A DNA stretch of 63,598 nucleotides, filler included, from Reticulomyxa filosa (lineage: Eukaryota > Protista > Foraminifera): the NCBI GenBank assembly GCA_000512085.1. It is 14 parts of 14 records of this genome, joined end to end, with 100 filler letters (N's around TTAATTAATTAA, not from the genome) between each part and the next. Parts side by side here need not be neighbours in the genome. Positions count along the whole stretch, not along the records: positions 20,192 to 25,702 come from ASPP01027233.1; positions 25,803 to 27,399 come from ASPP01022629.1; positions 27,500 to 32,323 come from ASPP01020705.1; positions 32,424 to 47,434 come from ASPP01010636.1; 10 more parts are not named here. The stretch is one strand, 5' to 3'. The number at the start of each line of letters is the position of its first letter. The first letter of the stretch is position 1. Made by a program: the position numbers and the translations under genes. Under the pieces are notes generated by a model that had not been told where the DNA came from, ran no database searches, and saw nothing but the letters and a program-made list of their open reading frames with translations. Shown piece by piece: positions 24,579 to 37,817 of the stretch.

Positions 24579-25702
24579 ATGACTGAGGCTCTACCTCAAG
24601 CTAGCACAAACCCTTGTACTGAGTTCCATCTTGCCGATGGGGAAGCTCTTCGTAATTTGGTAAGCAAAGAAGGTGAAAAAGAAAAAGAAAAAGAAAAAGA
24701 AGAAGAAAGCTCCGGCACTGCAGATGAAAGCAGTACGGAAAATGCACCTGATGAAGAAAAGGAGGAAAATGAATCAAGTGTGTTAAATACGATGGGAAGA
24801 CTAAAGTCAATGGCAGTAAATGGACTGGAACATGCAGATAAAATGATGACAGTGCCAATGAAAATGATGGATGAACTATTTGACTCCAGTTTTTTTTTTT
24901 GTTTTTTTTAAAAAAAAGAAATTATTTTATTAATAATATGTGTGTGGGAAAAAAAAAGTGATAGGAAAAGAAGAGTGTAAAATCGATCCAAGAACAGTAA
25001 TGCCAGTGATAAAATTAAATCTAAAACCCCAAGGATCACCTCATGAATCGACATGTAAGATAAAGGGAAAAATATGGACGAGTATTATCTCCTCTTGTAA
25101 AGAAGATGATGAAATTTTTGTAATTCATGATTCCAATGCAATGGTATACAATGAATATTGTAAAAGAGACAGAGTTTTTTAAAAAAGATTAAATTAAATA
25201 ATAAAAATAAAAATAAAATGATAGGAGTCAGCAGTGACATATGATACGGATGTAAGTATTGTCAATCAGACAAGTGGAATAACTGGAGGAACATTACAGA
25301 TTGTTTCTGGATTGGTAGTTAATCCATTAAAAGGAGCAAGTGATTTATTTGTAGAACCATATCAACACGTTAAAGCAGATCCAAGTTTAGAATCAGCTGG
25401 AAAAGGATTATTAAAGGGAACAAAGTCATTATTAATGGCTCCATTGAATATTATTGCAGATACATTAGGAGGGACGAAAAAAATTGTTGATGGAATTTTG
25501 GATGCTCCACAAGCAATATCTAATTTGACTAATGGACTTAAATTTAATATATTTTGTGGTTGGACTATGGCTTATTCAGTTTCTGAATTAAATGAATTTC
25601 CTGGAAATATTGGAGATATTATTGTTATTGATTATCATGTATCTACATATTACATGATTAAACTTGATTCTTTAACGTTATGTAATTTATATATATATAT
25701 AT
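24579..25702 (+). CDS. Hypothetical protein with ATG_C/VPS13-C-like glycine-rich amphipathic segment, 3'-truncated
   Basis: Acidic N-terminus, then GITGGTLQIVSGLVVNPLKGASDLFVEPY..AGKGLLKGTKSLLMAPLNIIADTLGG. Confidence 0.5.
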
Positions 25703-25802
25703 NNNNNNNNNNNNNNNNNNNNNNNNNNNNNNNNNNNNNNNNNNNNTTAATTAATTAANNNNNNNNNNNNNNNNNNNNNNNNNNNNNNNNNNNNNNNNNN
25801 NN
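25703..25802. other. Artificial contig linker
   Basis: 44 N + TTAATTAATTAA + 44 N. Confidence 0.98.
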
Positions 25803-25913
25803 GAAACAAACTTGTAAAAATAAAGGGTTAGTAATAATCATGTTATAGTAATTGTTTTTTTTTTTTAATGAAAAGGTTTCTTTTTTTTTTAAAAAAAAAA
25901 TCATATAATCATA

Positions 25914-27399
25914 ATGGCTCTCAACACTAAAAATAATCCACCAACGAGTGCGTTGATATTTACCATACGTTCACATTTAGCAGAAAATTACAATGTGAAT
26001 AAGTTTACGTATGAGAACTTTGGAACTTTTTTGGGGAAGTTTAATATGAGCGATATGATGGGAAGCGAAAAGAGTAGTCTGCGAGCGTTTTACGACGAGC
26101 ACATAAAAGAATCTGGAAACAGATTAGTGGAGTACTTGAGCGAAAGAGCAAAAGAGAAGAAGGTGTTGAACAAGAAGATGACAGAAAAGGATAAGAAAGT
26201 GAGTGACAAAGAAGTGTCGACATTTGTGAGAAGTGTATTGAGCGATTACATTCAAAAAAAGAAGAAAGAGAAGAAGAAAGTGTTGCCAACAGTAACAGCA
26301 ACAACAGCAACACCAAAGACAGCATCAACACCAAAAACGACGCCGACACCAAGAACGATACCAACGCCTAAAACGACGACTACCCCCAAAGATAAGGGAA
26401 AAGAAAAAGAGAAGGAAAAAGAAAAGGAAAAAGAAAAAGAAAAAGAAAAAGAAAAAGACGAAAGCAAAGAAAATGGACTCTTGCAAGAAGTGAAAAACAA
26501 GTTGAAGTCGCGGACGCAAATAAGCGAAAGTGACTTTTGCAACGAGGTTCTGACAAGCGACGCGAAGCCAGACACTGCCGCGACAGCCGCGAGAACGAGG
26601 ACAACGGAATTGGAGGCCAAATGCGTATTCGAGTATATGCTGCATGAGCAGTCGCTGCGCAACGGACACACAAGCAGTAGCCCCAATACGCTTGCCGTCC
26701 AAGTCTTACTCGACCTTCTACAAGCCAATCGAGCCAAAAATTTCCAAATGCTTGTCATCGCTTTGTTGCCTTTGGCAAAACATTATGCTGTTTTGTTTTG
26801 TTATATACATATACACATACATACATATATATATAATTTTTTTTTTTTGAAGTGATAAATATACTTTTTTTTTTTTTTTTTGTGGTTTCTTTTTTTTTCG
26901 CATTGTTTTTTTTTTGTTTTTTTTTTTTTTTAAAAAGTGCAAAGCAATGCTGCAAAGGATCGAGGATACATTGAAACATGCTTCGAACAACGAAAAAAAC
27001 AATGATGGATATTTGACATTGGACGAGTTTGGAAAGGCAATGAAACAGCTATCGATTGGTCGCAACGACTTGAAAGAAAGAGAAAAAGAAAAAGAAAAAG
27101 AAAAAGAAAGAGATGCAACAATCATTGGCATTGACCGATGTGACAATCAAGAAAATGTTTCAAAACCACATCAGTGGCACTTCGCAATTGCTTTGCATTT
27201 CCGATTTCATGTACAACTTGCAAACCTCCACTTTTGCCATAGTGAACAACTCCAGTGAACACTTTCCGCTCATTTATCGCCCGGCGCAATGGATTTTGCT
27301 TACATGCTTGCCTGTTGTCAAATCCTTTGACCCGCCCCACAATTTGCATTTAGCCCTAAGTTTTTTTTTTTTTTTTTTTAATTTTTTAAACTAAAAAAA
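25914..27399 (+). CDS. EF-hand-like, low-complexity (T/P- and EK-rich) protein, partial
   Basis: ORF 25914..26855 plus a downstream exon with EKNNDGYLTLDEFGKAMKQL (EF-hand loop pattern); (EK)n tracts. Ends uncertain. Confidence 0.5.
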
Positions 27400-27499
27400 N
27401 NNNNNNNNNNNNNNNNNNNNNNNNNNNNNNNNNNNNNNNNNNNTTAATTAATTAANNNNNNNNNNNNNNNNNNNNNNNNNNNNNNNNNNNNNNNNNNNN
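27400..27499. other. Artificial contig linker
   Basis: 44 N + TTAATTAATTAA + 44 N. Confidence 0.98.
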
Positions 27500-27512
27500 A
27501 CATTGTGGTTGT

Positions 27513-27543
<31 letters not shown>

Positions 27544-27653
27544 CTAAATAACTTTTTTTTAAAAAAAAAAAAAAAAAGGCTAACTTTGACTTTTCTTTTC
27601 TTAACATTGTCATTGTTGTTGTTATTGTGTCTCTGTATATGATATACCTACAG

Positions 27654-29173
27654 CACCAAGCTCATAAATCACTAGCGTTTCCAGAAGAATATGTTTTGGA
27701 ACCAATTCCAGAAGGTTCACCTGGAGCTGTTGCTTCAGAGCCCCTGTTGATTGAAAGCAATCCCTTACGAGACCCAAATGAACATGATAATGTAAAGTTG
27801 TTGGTACCCCCCCCCCCCCTCCTCCTCTGAGTATACTTTTTTTTTTTCCACCCCCCCCACCCTCCCTTCATCGTGTGTATGGATGCATTGTCTCAAATGG
27901 TCTGGTCGACCAATCTGACTAGGACAAAAAAGTCGCACCCATTGCTGCTCCGACTCAAGAAGCAAAGCAAACAGAACCACCGAAGACAGAAGCAATTGCA
28001 AAGGTAGAAGAACCAGTTCAACCCAAGGAAAGGGAGGAGGAAAAAACCAAAACTGAACCTGTGCCAAAGGAGGACGTAAAACCAGTGACGCAGGAATACG
28101 TCAAAACCGAAGAGGTCATTAAGGCTGAAGAGCCGCCAAAAACAGTGGAACAGCCCATTGCCAACATAGAAGAGCTGATCAAGATTGAAGAGCCTCCGAA
28201 AGTGGACAACTCGACTCAAATCGAGATACCATACGAACGTGAAGAGCCCGCGCTCAAGAACGAACAAAGCCAGCCCTTGCAAGTGGAAATTCCAACGGAG
28301 CCAAAGCAGGCCGAACCGCGGTCGCCAATGACACCGAAAAAAAACTTGTATGTAATATATGAAAATGACAATGGGAAGAAGCGCACGTGGATATTGTCGA
28401 ATAAAAGGACCAATTGGAGGGAATGCGAGGTTGTTGATGAAACTGATACTCAACTTAAGGTGCATTATATTTCGTATCATCCCAAATTTGATGAATGGAT
28501 TGACAAAGATAGTGACAGAATTCAAGGTAGTTGTTTTTTTTGTTTTTGATTGTAATGTATTACTTTTTTTTTTTTTAAAAAAATGTCATTGATGATAAGA
28601 AAAAGGGGGGATGCGTGTGGGAATATATAGCATCCAGAGATATAAACAGCTTGCGTAAAGGCGATAATCTGTCCGCATGGTATCCAAAAATACAGGCATG
28701 GACAGAAGCCGAAATTGAACTAATCGACACGAAAGAAAATAAAGTAAAAATAGCTTATATCGGAACTCACGATGGAGCTTATTTGCCACTGAATTCTGCA
28801 AAATTGTCGATTGTGCATAAAAAACTGGTTTATTTTTTTTGTTATATCTTTAAAAAAAAAGCCTCGAGTCTCTCTCCTTATAAAGGATGATAATTAAGAT
28901 TATCATTAACTTTGTTTAACATAATCATAGAACGATCCTTTCACTGGTCCCGAGAACGAACAGTTTGAATATGTGAACATAAAGGTAACATATACCTCCA
29001 AAGTTAACAGTCAATCTCCTGTTGTTGAAGAAGCCAGCGCTGAGGCTGCTAAGCCAACAAAGGTAGAAAGCGAACCCAATGTCAAGGAAGAAAAACTTGA
29101 TAAGACACAGGAAGAAATTCAAAAAGAAAAACCGAACGCTGCTCAACGGGGAGGGTGTTGTCAGATTTTGTGA
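27654..29173 (+). CDS. E/P/K-rich protein with two Tudor/chromo-barrel-like domains and C-terminal CaaX box, 5'-truncated
   Basis: WRECEVVDETDTQLKVHYISYHPKFDEWIDKDSDRI and LRKGDNLSAWYPKIQAWTEAEIELIDTKENKVKIAY; last exon ends GGCCQIL*. Confidence 0.65.
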
Positions 29174-30087
29174 GTGCAATTAGATATTAGTTTGGTTTGC
29201 GAGAACATACAACAAAAAGGATAAATACCTTTTTAATGTGCTGAATTGTGCTAGTAACAAATTTGCAGCATATCATTGTACATTATTTGACAGTAAAGGT
29301 GAAAAGTAAAGAAAATTTGTTAAATCGGTCTACTTTGACAAACCAATCCTATTGTCAATAGTGCTATTAGCTAAGTTTCAAAATATTGCTTTCTTATAGC
29401 TGATAACTATTTTTAATAGTTTCTAACATTTAAAAATTTATTAAGTATTAGCGTTCTTTCCATATCCCAAAAACAATTGACATATTGTCATCACAATTTT
29501 ATATGCACTCTTACCTGAATGCGTCATAATGTCGTACAGTGTTTACTTGACAACTTTTGTAGATTATATTGTCAGATACTAAAAATTTGTTGGGCCAATC
29601 ATTGCGTGACCCTTTTCAAAAGAAACTATCGACATGAAGTGCAAAAGTCAGAACAATAGCAATTTTAATCGAAAAAATATGATCACTAGAAAAACATTAA
29701 TTTGTGTGTATTGAATAGTACGTAGTAATATTTTACATGCATAAATTTTAAATTTGAAGTGAACTGTTTCATTGTACGTTTTAATATTATGAAGTAAGAT
29801 GAAAATAAAATTTTACAATATTTCAAAGTCAAACATTTATATTTTTGACTAGAATTACAATTTGAAGGACGATAACAAATTTTATATTTATTCATTACTT
29901 GACTGTAAGGCGAGTCAACAAAAATATCAAAGGCATTTTTCTTGTGAATATCGTTCAATTAAAGAAAAGTTGAAAGATATTGACAACATATAAAAACAAA
30001 ACAAAAAAAGTTAAATGAAATACATGATCCCCCCCCTTGGCAGGAAGAGAAACGCATTCTGTTTTTTTGTTGAGCAGACATGGTATT

Positions 30088-32323
30088 TTAGTCCAAAGAA
30101 GAAATAAATTCAACATCTTGAGTCGGACACAAAACGTCGGAAAACTTACAATGACTCATGTGTTGCATTGTCCCTTCTGTGTGTCGTTTGAAGCAAGTCT
30201 TGCCAACCCATTGATAAACAAGCCTGGGATCATCTCCACCCATCCAATGGCGGAAAAGTTTCCGACACAAAGGTAGATCCGAAGAGAGATCTGCGTTGAA
30301 GACACAAAGATCGGCAAGATGTGCATCCAAGTGAGTGTCACTTATTCTAACAGAGCCATCAGAAATGGTGGAATAAGCATTAAAACTAAAGAAAATATTT
30401 TTGGGACGAGATCCCAAATATGTTCGGACTTTTTCAACAGAACAATCCTTTTTCAATGATAATGACACTACTGACTCAAAATTCGAAATTTCTTTTTCTT
30501 CTTGTTTGTCTTCTTGGTCATCGTTTGCACACACCTTGGCAACACCGTCCATCCATATTTTTGCGGTGTCATGTTGCACATCCACCACAAACAATATGTG
30601 ACGCCACGTGTCTGACGACAACGACGCGTTTTGTAATAAGCTCATCTGTTTATTGTCTTCGTCCTCGGTTTTTGTGCTACATCCGCAATAGCCCAACGTA
30701 CTCCCTTCTTTCCCGTGGCATAAGAATAGGCCAAAAAAAAAATTGGTTATTATGCATTGGTTTTTGGTATTATCTTTTTTTGTTTTGTTTTGTTTGTTTG
30801 TTTTAACCGTGCATGTGTGCACGAACATGGTAGATACATGCACGACGTATACATACACATAAATCATGTTATACGTAGTTTGCGTGTATATACGTATATA
30901 TGTTTAAATAATAAAAAAAAGAGAGGGGGGGGGAGGAGAGAGAACGGGAAGAAAAGAAGATATTCACTAATTTTTTTTTTTTTTTAATAATTAAAAAAAA
31001 TGAACCTAATTTAGGGTGTAATTTAATCCAAAAAGAAAGGGGTATATTGGAGTGGCGGCAAGGTGCGAATGTCGTAATAAGCAAGTGTGTACTTGGGGAT
31101 TAATGGAATAGGTGCAAGATATTCGCTGAGGATAGTACATATCTGCAAGTCCATCGGGTTGCCACAATTCCAATGAATCTTTAGCCAGTATTTCGATCTT
31201 GGTCGTATACCCTCGAATATTTTATCATGGACTGTTGCGACGTCGTAAACGCCGTTAAATATAGCCAATGTCAACTCTAACAAGTTTCGGCTAGGTTGTT
31301 ACTATCTTGCTTTGCATTGTCGCTCTTCTGTGGAGGAACAACAGCTAGCTCAACGTTATTTCCAAGCAACATTTTCGACACTATTATTGCTGTGTCATAA
31401 ATTTCCAATTGCGGAATTATGTGTAACAAATGATTCGGCCCATATGGCACTGTTGCGCGTACAATGTACAAAAACAACTGTGATGTTGACACCTTTCCCG
31501 ACAGTATATGCGTTATTACTTGGAACAATACTTGTTCAGCCTCAAGTTTATCTGTCATTTTTCTTTTTTTTTTTTTAAAAAAAGGGTTCCTTACGTTTAA
31601 TTGTGTCTCCGCAACAAGAAGTACGCTACGTTGTTATAATCCTCTTTTAGATTACATATGGACACATGATATCTATACATATTTTGCCTTCATCTTGTTG
31701 CTTTTTAAAAATAAATAATAATCAATCGTTTCAAAAGTTGTAGAATTTTTCTGCAGCAAAGGAAAAGCTAACAAATAATGAAGTACTTGGAGAAAAAAAA
31801 AAATAAGACAAAATAAAACAAAAGATATTTTAAAAATGACTCATCCAATGATTCAAGCCTTCTCTCTTTTCTTGTTTTTTAATTGTTTTGAGTTGTTTTC
31901 CCCAAAAAGTCTTGTAACCACCTGTTTTCTTGTTTTTATTGTTGTCATAAGCGAAAATATAAGCCGGCTGAGCACTTCGAGAAGAGACGAGTTGGTTGAG
32001 ACTTTGTCTGGGCTTGCGTTCAAGAGTGGCATGTTTCAAGCGAATGGCCCTTCGGATGGCCTGTTGAAACATCTCTTTCTTTCGATACACGCCATCCAAC
32101 TCGATTTCAAATCCGTCCACAATTATTTTGTCATATTTGCTAAGTCTGGGTCTCTTTTTGTTATAGAGATTCCCTGCCTTGGAATATCGTAAAAGTTCTT
32201 TCCACGAACTGTGCAGCTCTTCGGTCGTTTTACTTTGAGTCAGTGCTTTTTCAAACTCTCGTAACACTTCTATTGGTATGTCTTCACTCAACTCAAAAAT
32301 TGCGCCTTTGTCATTGTCATTAT
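30088..32323 (-). pseudogene. Frameshifted gene with C-terminal LamG/ConA-like jelly-roll domain
   Basis: SFWIK, TWRHILFVVD..AKIWMDG and LADLCVFN fit LamG. Coding-like segments switch frame near 31290 and 31050 with no intron-like sequence. Could also be assembly error. Confidence 0.4.
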
Positions 32324-32423
32324 NNNNNNNNNNNNNNNNNNNNNNNNNNNNNNNNNNNNNNNNNNNNTTAATTAATTAANNNNNNNNNNNNNNNNNNNNN
32401 NNNNNNNNNNNNNNNNNNNNNNN
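32324..32423. other. Artificial contig linker
   Basis: 44 N + TTAATTAATTAA + 44 N. Confidence 0.98.
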
Positions 32424-33522
32424 ATGTCTATTTTTGATTGGTTTGAAAAAAAAAAAAAAAAAAAAAGTGTAAACTTGTCTCGCAAATGAGTATCGTGCTT
32501 GTCATGGACCAAAATGAAGATTTTGTAAATATCCTTGGAATAAATACCATTGCGAAACTTGGAAGGCAGATTGTCCGGCTGAGACATCCATTTCAGTCGT
32601 TTTACACAATCCTCATCACGTGAGGAAGCAACGTATATTGCTGCGATTGGTGCGTCAATAAACTCAAATTGAGAGTACCGAAGCGTTTCCAAAAACTGGG
32701 CTTGGTACAAAGAAAACCAGGGGGTCGGATCTGGGTTTTCTGTTATTTATTTTTTTTTTTCAACATAAAAATACATAGCATACATTCATTGGTTTAACGC
32801 TCATGCAAGACTCACAGAGAATAATATGCATAATGGTGTATATTATTGTTATTGCAATTGTTATCATTCGCATTATTAATGTGATTAGTATTGTAAATGT
32901 GTATATGCAAATGCATATTGTATTTGTATGGGTGTGCACAAGATTTTTGATTTTTTGGATTAAAAACAAATGTGCGCTTATTACGCTCAAAGAAGCGATC
33001 CACGTCGTCTACGCTGCAAATCCTCAATGCTTGCGGTATGGTCGAACGTCTTCGCATTAGTTTATGGCTTTCCTCATTCGCATCGCTTTTGTTGTCTCCA
33101 CTCTTTTCATCCGCTACTCCATAGGAGTTGGCGATAGAGGCGTGGTAGGAGGACAATCCATAGTGTGATTGGTTTTGAAATGTGCAGTTACGCAAATGCG
33201 TCAATTGAACTGGTGGATGTGGTGCTAAGTTCTTACAATAGTCACTCAAATATTTGTCACTGTTTGTGTCGTTCATTACGTTCACTTCTGCAAATGAAAC
33301 AAAGCGAATGGACATACTTTGGATACGCTTTCCTGATGGCCCGCCTTCCACTTTCACTGGGTTCATTTTCAAGTTGTCAAAATTTTCAAATGGTTTCAAC
33401 AGTTGCACAAAATTTAAATTGTTCTTTCCACATATATCTTCCACTGTTGGTGTTGTGGATACCATTATAACCGGGCGGTGGCAATTTCTTACCCATTGCC
33501 TCAAATCAAAAGTTGACTGCAT
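32424..33522 (-). CDS. TRAPPC8: TRAPP complex subunit 8 (Trs85), N-terminal part, 3'-truncated
   Basis: PVIMVSTTPTVEDICGKNNLNFVQLLKPF and PTPWFSLYQAQFLETLRYSQFEFIDAPIAAIYVASSRD..IFILVHD match TRAPPC8 N-terminal motifs. Confidence 0.8.
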
Positions 33523-33862
33523 GTCGATAATCTTTTATTAACTTTTCTGTTGTCTACCCTCGCTGTTTTGTGCAATATATTCCACTGCCACCATGAAAAA
33601 CAAATCACACTTTATAAAAATTTTCAATTTTTACATATCTTAAATTAAATCAACAATTGATGAAATCTAAAAATTAATTATTGCTAGAGTCACGAAACAT
33701 TTTTTGGCGATTATCTTTTATTTTTTCTGTGTAAACTAAAAATATAGAGTAAGACGCTGACCTTAAATTAAAAAATTTATTATACGCTCTTAACTTGGCA
33801 AAAGACCTTCTTTTCTTTGTCAAAGTTCTTAAACACTCTTTTAAAAAACGCTATAGATCATA
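33523..33862. promoter_or_regulatory. Probable bidirectional promoter between divergent TRAPPC8 and Maf genes
   Basis: 340-bp AT-rich spacer between two divergent ATGs; inferred from geometry only. Confidence 0.35.
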
Positions 33863-34713
33863 ATGCTCCTAGATAAATTACGTTTTTTGCATCAATTGCG
33901 AATCATTTTGGCCTCAGGATCACCCCGTCGTAAAGAGATATTGGAAACAATAGTTAAGCACTCTTTGCAGAGGTTGTTGGGCCTCAGTCACAGAAACAAC
34001 ACGACAAAATAGAAACTAAAATTTGAAGTAATACCATCAACCTTCCCAGAAAATTTGGACAAAAGTAAATATACCCCAATACAATATGTAATCGAAAATG
34101 CAAGACTAAAAGCACTGGATGTATACAAAGGAGAGGTTTCAAAATGGAAATTGTCATCCGATAAAAAAGCGAAAATAGACTTAGTGATAGGCTGTGACAC
34201 CGTGGTGGTATTCAGAGATCAAATATTAGAAAAACCAAAGACACAAAAAGAAGCAAAACAAATGCTATCTCAATTGAGTGGCAGTACTCATTATGTCACC
34301 TCTGGTGTTGCATTGATTCGACCAAATGACGATTCACTAGAGCATCCTATTGTTGAAACCTTTTCACAACAAACCCAAGTGGTTTTTGCACCATTGACAA
34401 CACAATTGATTGATGCTTACGTGGAAACAATGGAGCCCATGTATGTAGCATCTGAGTCCATTCACTCCTACAAACATAAGGGACAACATTATTAATAAAT
34501 TGATTTTATGCACTTTGCTTGGGTTGGTATAGGGACAAAGCCGGAGGATATGGCATGCAAGGAATTGCGAGTCAATTTGTCACAAAAATTGATGGATGCT
34601 ATTTTAATGTTGTTGGATTTCCAGTCCAATTGTTTTGTGAAAAATTGACTACCTTTTTGAATTTGGACGATAATGTCTCTGACAAAGAGAAGGAGCAAAA
34701 GGAAAATATTTAA
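33863..34713 (+). CDS. maf: Maf-family nucleoside-triphosphate pyrophosphatase (ASMTL N-domain/YhdE-like), 3 exons
   Basis: [37 protein letters not shown] and [10 protein letters not shown]. Confidence 0.92.
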
Positions 34714-34948
34714 CTTCTCAACCTTTAGCTTTGTATCAATTAAACTATTACTAGCTTCGACCAGTCTCAGCCTAAGATACTTTATTTTCAAATCAATTGA
34801 CATGTTAGTTGCAAGTTATATCGTAACCAATTTATGTTATTGCAAACATTTGCTTGACTTCTCGCAAAGTTTGCACACTCAGAAAGTGAAAGTTCAGATA
34901 GGGAACGCAAAAAAAAATCTTAATCGAAAAGAGAAAGTTAGTAGCAGG

Positions 34949-37817
34949 ATGAATATAAGGAAACAATGGACTCAGGTCTCAAATGCATGGTTGATAATAG
35001 GCCCAAGTATTTGGTACAATCCTTTACTTGATGATATGGATGTAGGAGCACTTGCTAAAGTTGTTCAAGCAATAAAACAGCTTAAAAGCCAAAAACTAAA
35101 AGTGAAGTTGTTGATTGAAACACCATTTATTGAAAATGAAGAGTTGCGTGATAAAGTTCCGTCTGAAAGTCGTTTGTTGAGTGGAGTAGATATGATCGTG
35201 AAACATTATAATCTTAGTTAAGTATGTTAGACAACAAATAAATAAAACTCCAAAGAAATTTCCCCAAAAAAAGTGAAAGAAATTTCTACAAAAAAAAAAT
35301 GGAGGCGGGACAGTGGAAGTGAAGCTAACAACAGCTGACTTTGACGAGTTAGTGAATAGTGACAAGACATTTTGTGACGTGGATTGTATTGGAGTACTAA
35401 GACGTTGGAATGGATTGCAATTGAAGTCGCATGAAAATGGAGGAAGTAAGCCGTATGATGCATCGTATGTGCAGCTGTCAAATTTTATCGCGAGACAAGA
35501 TATCGAAAGCAAAGAAGAAAAAAAAGACAAACAAAAGGAAAGCATCCCAAAGAAACAGGAATCGGAAAGTGTGGAATATGAAAGTGTAGTAAATGGAAAG
35601 AAGGAAATATTGGTAATTCCCGACTTAAAGCAAAAGCATGGTAATATTTGCGCTCAAAGTGCAGAGCAATGTTGGCGATTTCTACACTGTTGCGAGGCCG
35701 TGTTAGAAAAGTTTGGAGTGAAAATACCAATTGTTTTACTCAATGGCTACGATTGTGTCGACGTCCAGATTGCCAAACTGTTCAAAGGAGAGGCAGTCGG
35801 CACCCTATTGCTTCCGTCGGATCGGATGCTATCGCACAATAAAACCGAGTTAGGTAATTGCCTCCAAACAACAAACAAACAAAAAAAAGAGTGTGTGTGT
35901 GTTTAAATATCATAAATAACAAGTGGATGAATATATCTTGATTGCACAATAAAAATGAAACAAAAAGAGATGACAAGCGATATTCGTGCACGCGCATCTC
36001 AAACGAGAGAGGCGAGCCAAAAGCTGATAAAGTTGTCATCAGAAGAGAGAGCCAACATTCTTGAAACAATGGCGAAGTCGTTGATCGCAAATCAAAAGCA
36101 AATTGTAACGGAAAATGCCAAAGACATGGCTTTGGCCCAAAAACAAAACATTGTTCCGTCTTTAATCAAGCGGTTAGCATTGACTCCAAAAAAATTGCAA
36201 GAGTTAGCCAATGTAAGCAATATATATATACTTTCCTTCCCTCTTATTGTGTAGCTGCTTTGCTCGTAATATTCCATATCACACGAAATGCAATAGCTTA
36301 AACAAACAAATAACAAAACAGGGGATACGTGCAATTGCAAAGGACAAAGAGCCAATTGGAAAGATATTGCGACGTACTCAAATCGCAGAAGACTTGATCG
36401 TCAGACAAGAAACAGTGCCTTTTGGCGTACTACTTGTCATCTTCGAGTCGAGACCTGATTGCCTACCCCAAGTTCCTTGCCTTTTCTTGGTAGCGATATT
36501 TCACCACGAGAAACAACGCCCTTTGTGTTTTGTTTGTATCGAAAAAAAGATAGCCTCGCTGGCCGTCCGCTCTGGCAATGGCTTGCTTTTGAAAGGTGGC
36601 TCCGAAGCTTATCATTCCAATCACATTTTGCATCAACTCCTTTCTGATGCTATCTTTGAAGCCTCCGAGGGTCGAGTGCCAGTTTCGCTTCTATTTGTGT
36701 TTATACGTGCGAATATTTTTGTATTTTGAATCCATTCTCCGCTTAATACGATACATGTACAAACAGAAATCATTACTGGGATTAATTGAAAATCGCGAGG
36801 AAATCAGTCAAGTGTTGAAGTTGGAGGATGCAATTGATCTGATAATCCCTCGCGGATCTTCGAGCTTGGTGAAGTACATTCAGAACAACACAAAGATACC
36901 AGTGCTGGGACATGCCGAAGGGATTTGCCATTTGTTTGTCGATGAATGTGTCGGAAACACAGTCACAATCGACGACGTTATTGACATCGTGTTGGATGCC
37001 AAACTCAATTATCCCGCTGCGTGCAATGCTGTAGAAACCCTTCTTTTGCACGAAAACTTGTTTTGCCAACATAACAATTCATCCAACAAACATGGACAAA
37101 GCGAAAACAATTTCACAGTTGCACCTGCCATGAAAATAATTGCCACTTTGCGAATGGTATTCGTTTTTCTCAAAACGACAGAGGGATTTTTTTTTTGGAA
37201 ATTGCAATACGTATGTTTGTTTGGGTTGACTTGTCTTTGAAGAAAGGGGTTAAACTTTTCGGCGACGAAAGTATTCGAAGGATTGTGATTTCGCCTGAAA
37301 TTCCGCCTCTTCTTCATGGATATCACCACGAATACAGTGATGAAAGCTTAAGCGTGGTGGTCGTACGGTCGTTGCAAGAAGCCATTCTTCACATCAATCG
37401 CTATGGCAGTGGACACACCGAAACCATTGTCACCGAAAACCTCGATCACGCACGCGAGTTTGCTCAACAGGTCGACAGCGCATGTGTGTTTCATAATGCT
37501 TCCACTAGATTTGCGGATGGGTTTCGTTTGGGATTGGGTGCGGAGGTGGGTATCAGCACTGGGAAGTTGCATTGTCGAGGACCTATGGGAGTTGATGGAT
37601 TGCTTACCACCAGATGGATCATGTCATCTCAAAGGGCGCAGGGACATTGTGTCGGGTTTGTTTGCTTCTTCGTTTTTGGTCTCTCTGTGCTGTTACGAGA
37701 AGGGCTGTTGATGATTTTTCTTGAAATAGAGATTTCGATGAACAGAATGCAAATACGAAACGTGCTGCTACTTATATTCACAAAGACTTGATGTCTGTTT
37801 TGTCACGCAATGACTGA
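34949..37817 (+). CDS. ALDH18A1: P5CS-like protein: degenerate glutamate 5-kinase domain + intact gamma-glutamyl-phosphate reductase, multi-exon
   Basis: GPR motifs: [82 protein letters not shown]. The N-terminal region joins in frame through intron 35854..35967 and keeps GEAVGT. Confidence 0.88.

Noticed and set aside
30088-33522. Minus-strand ORFs on both sides of linker 32324..32423 read as one TRAPPC8 gene
   Set aside because: Different contigs, and the left part shows LamG-like rather than TRAPPC8 motifs.
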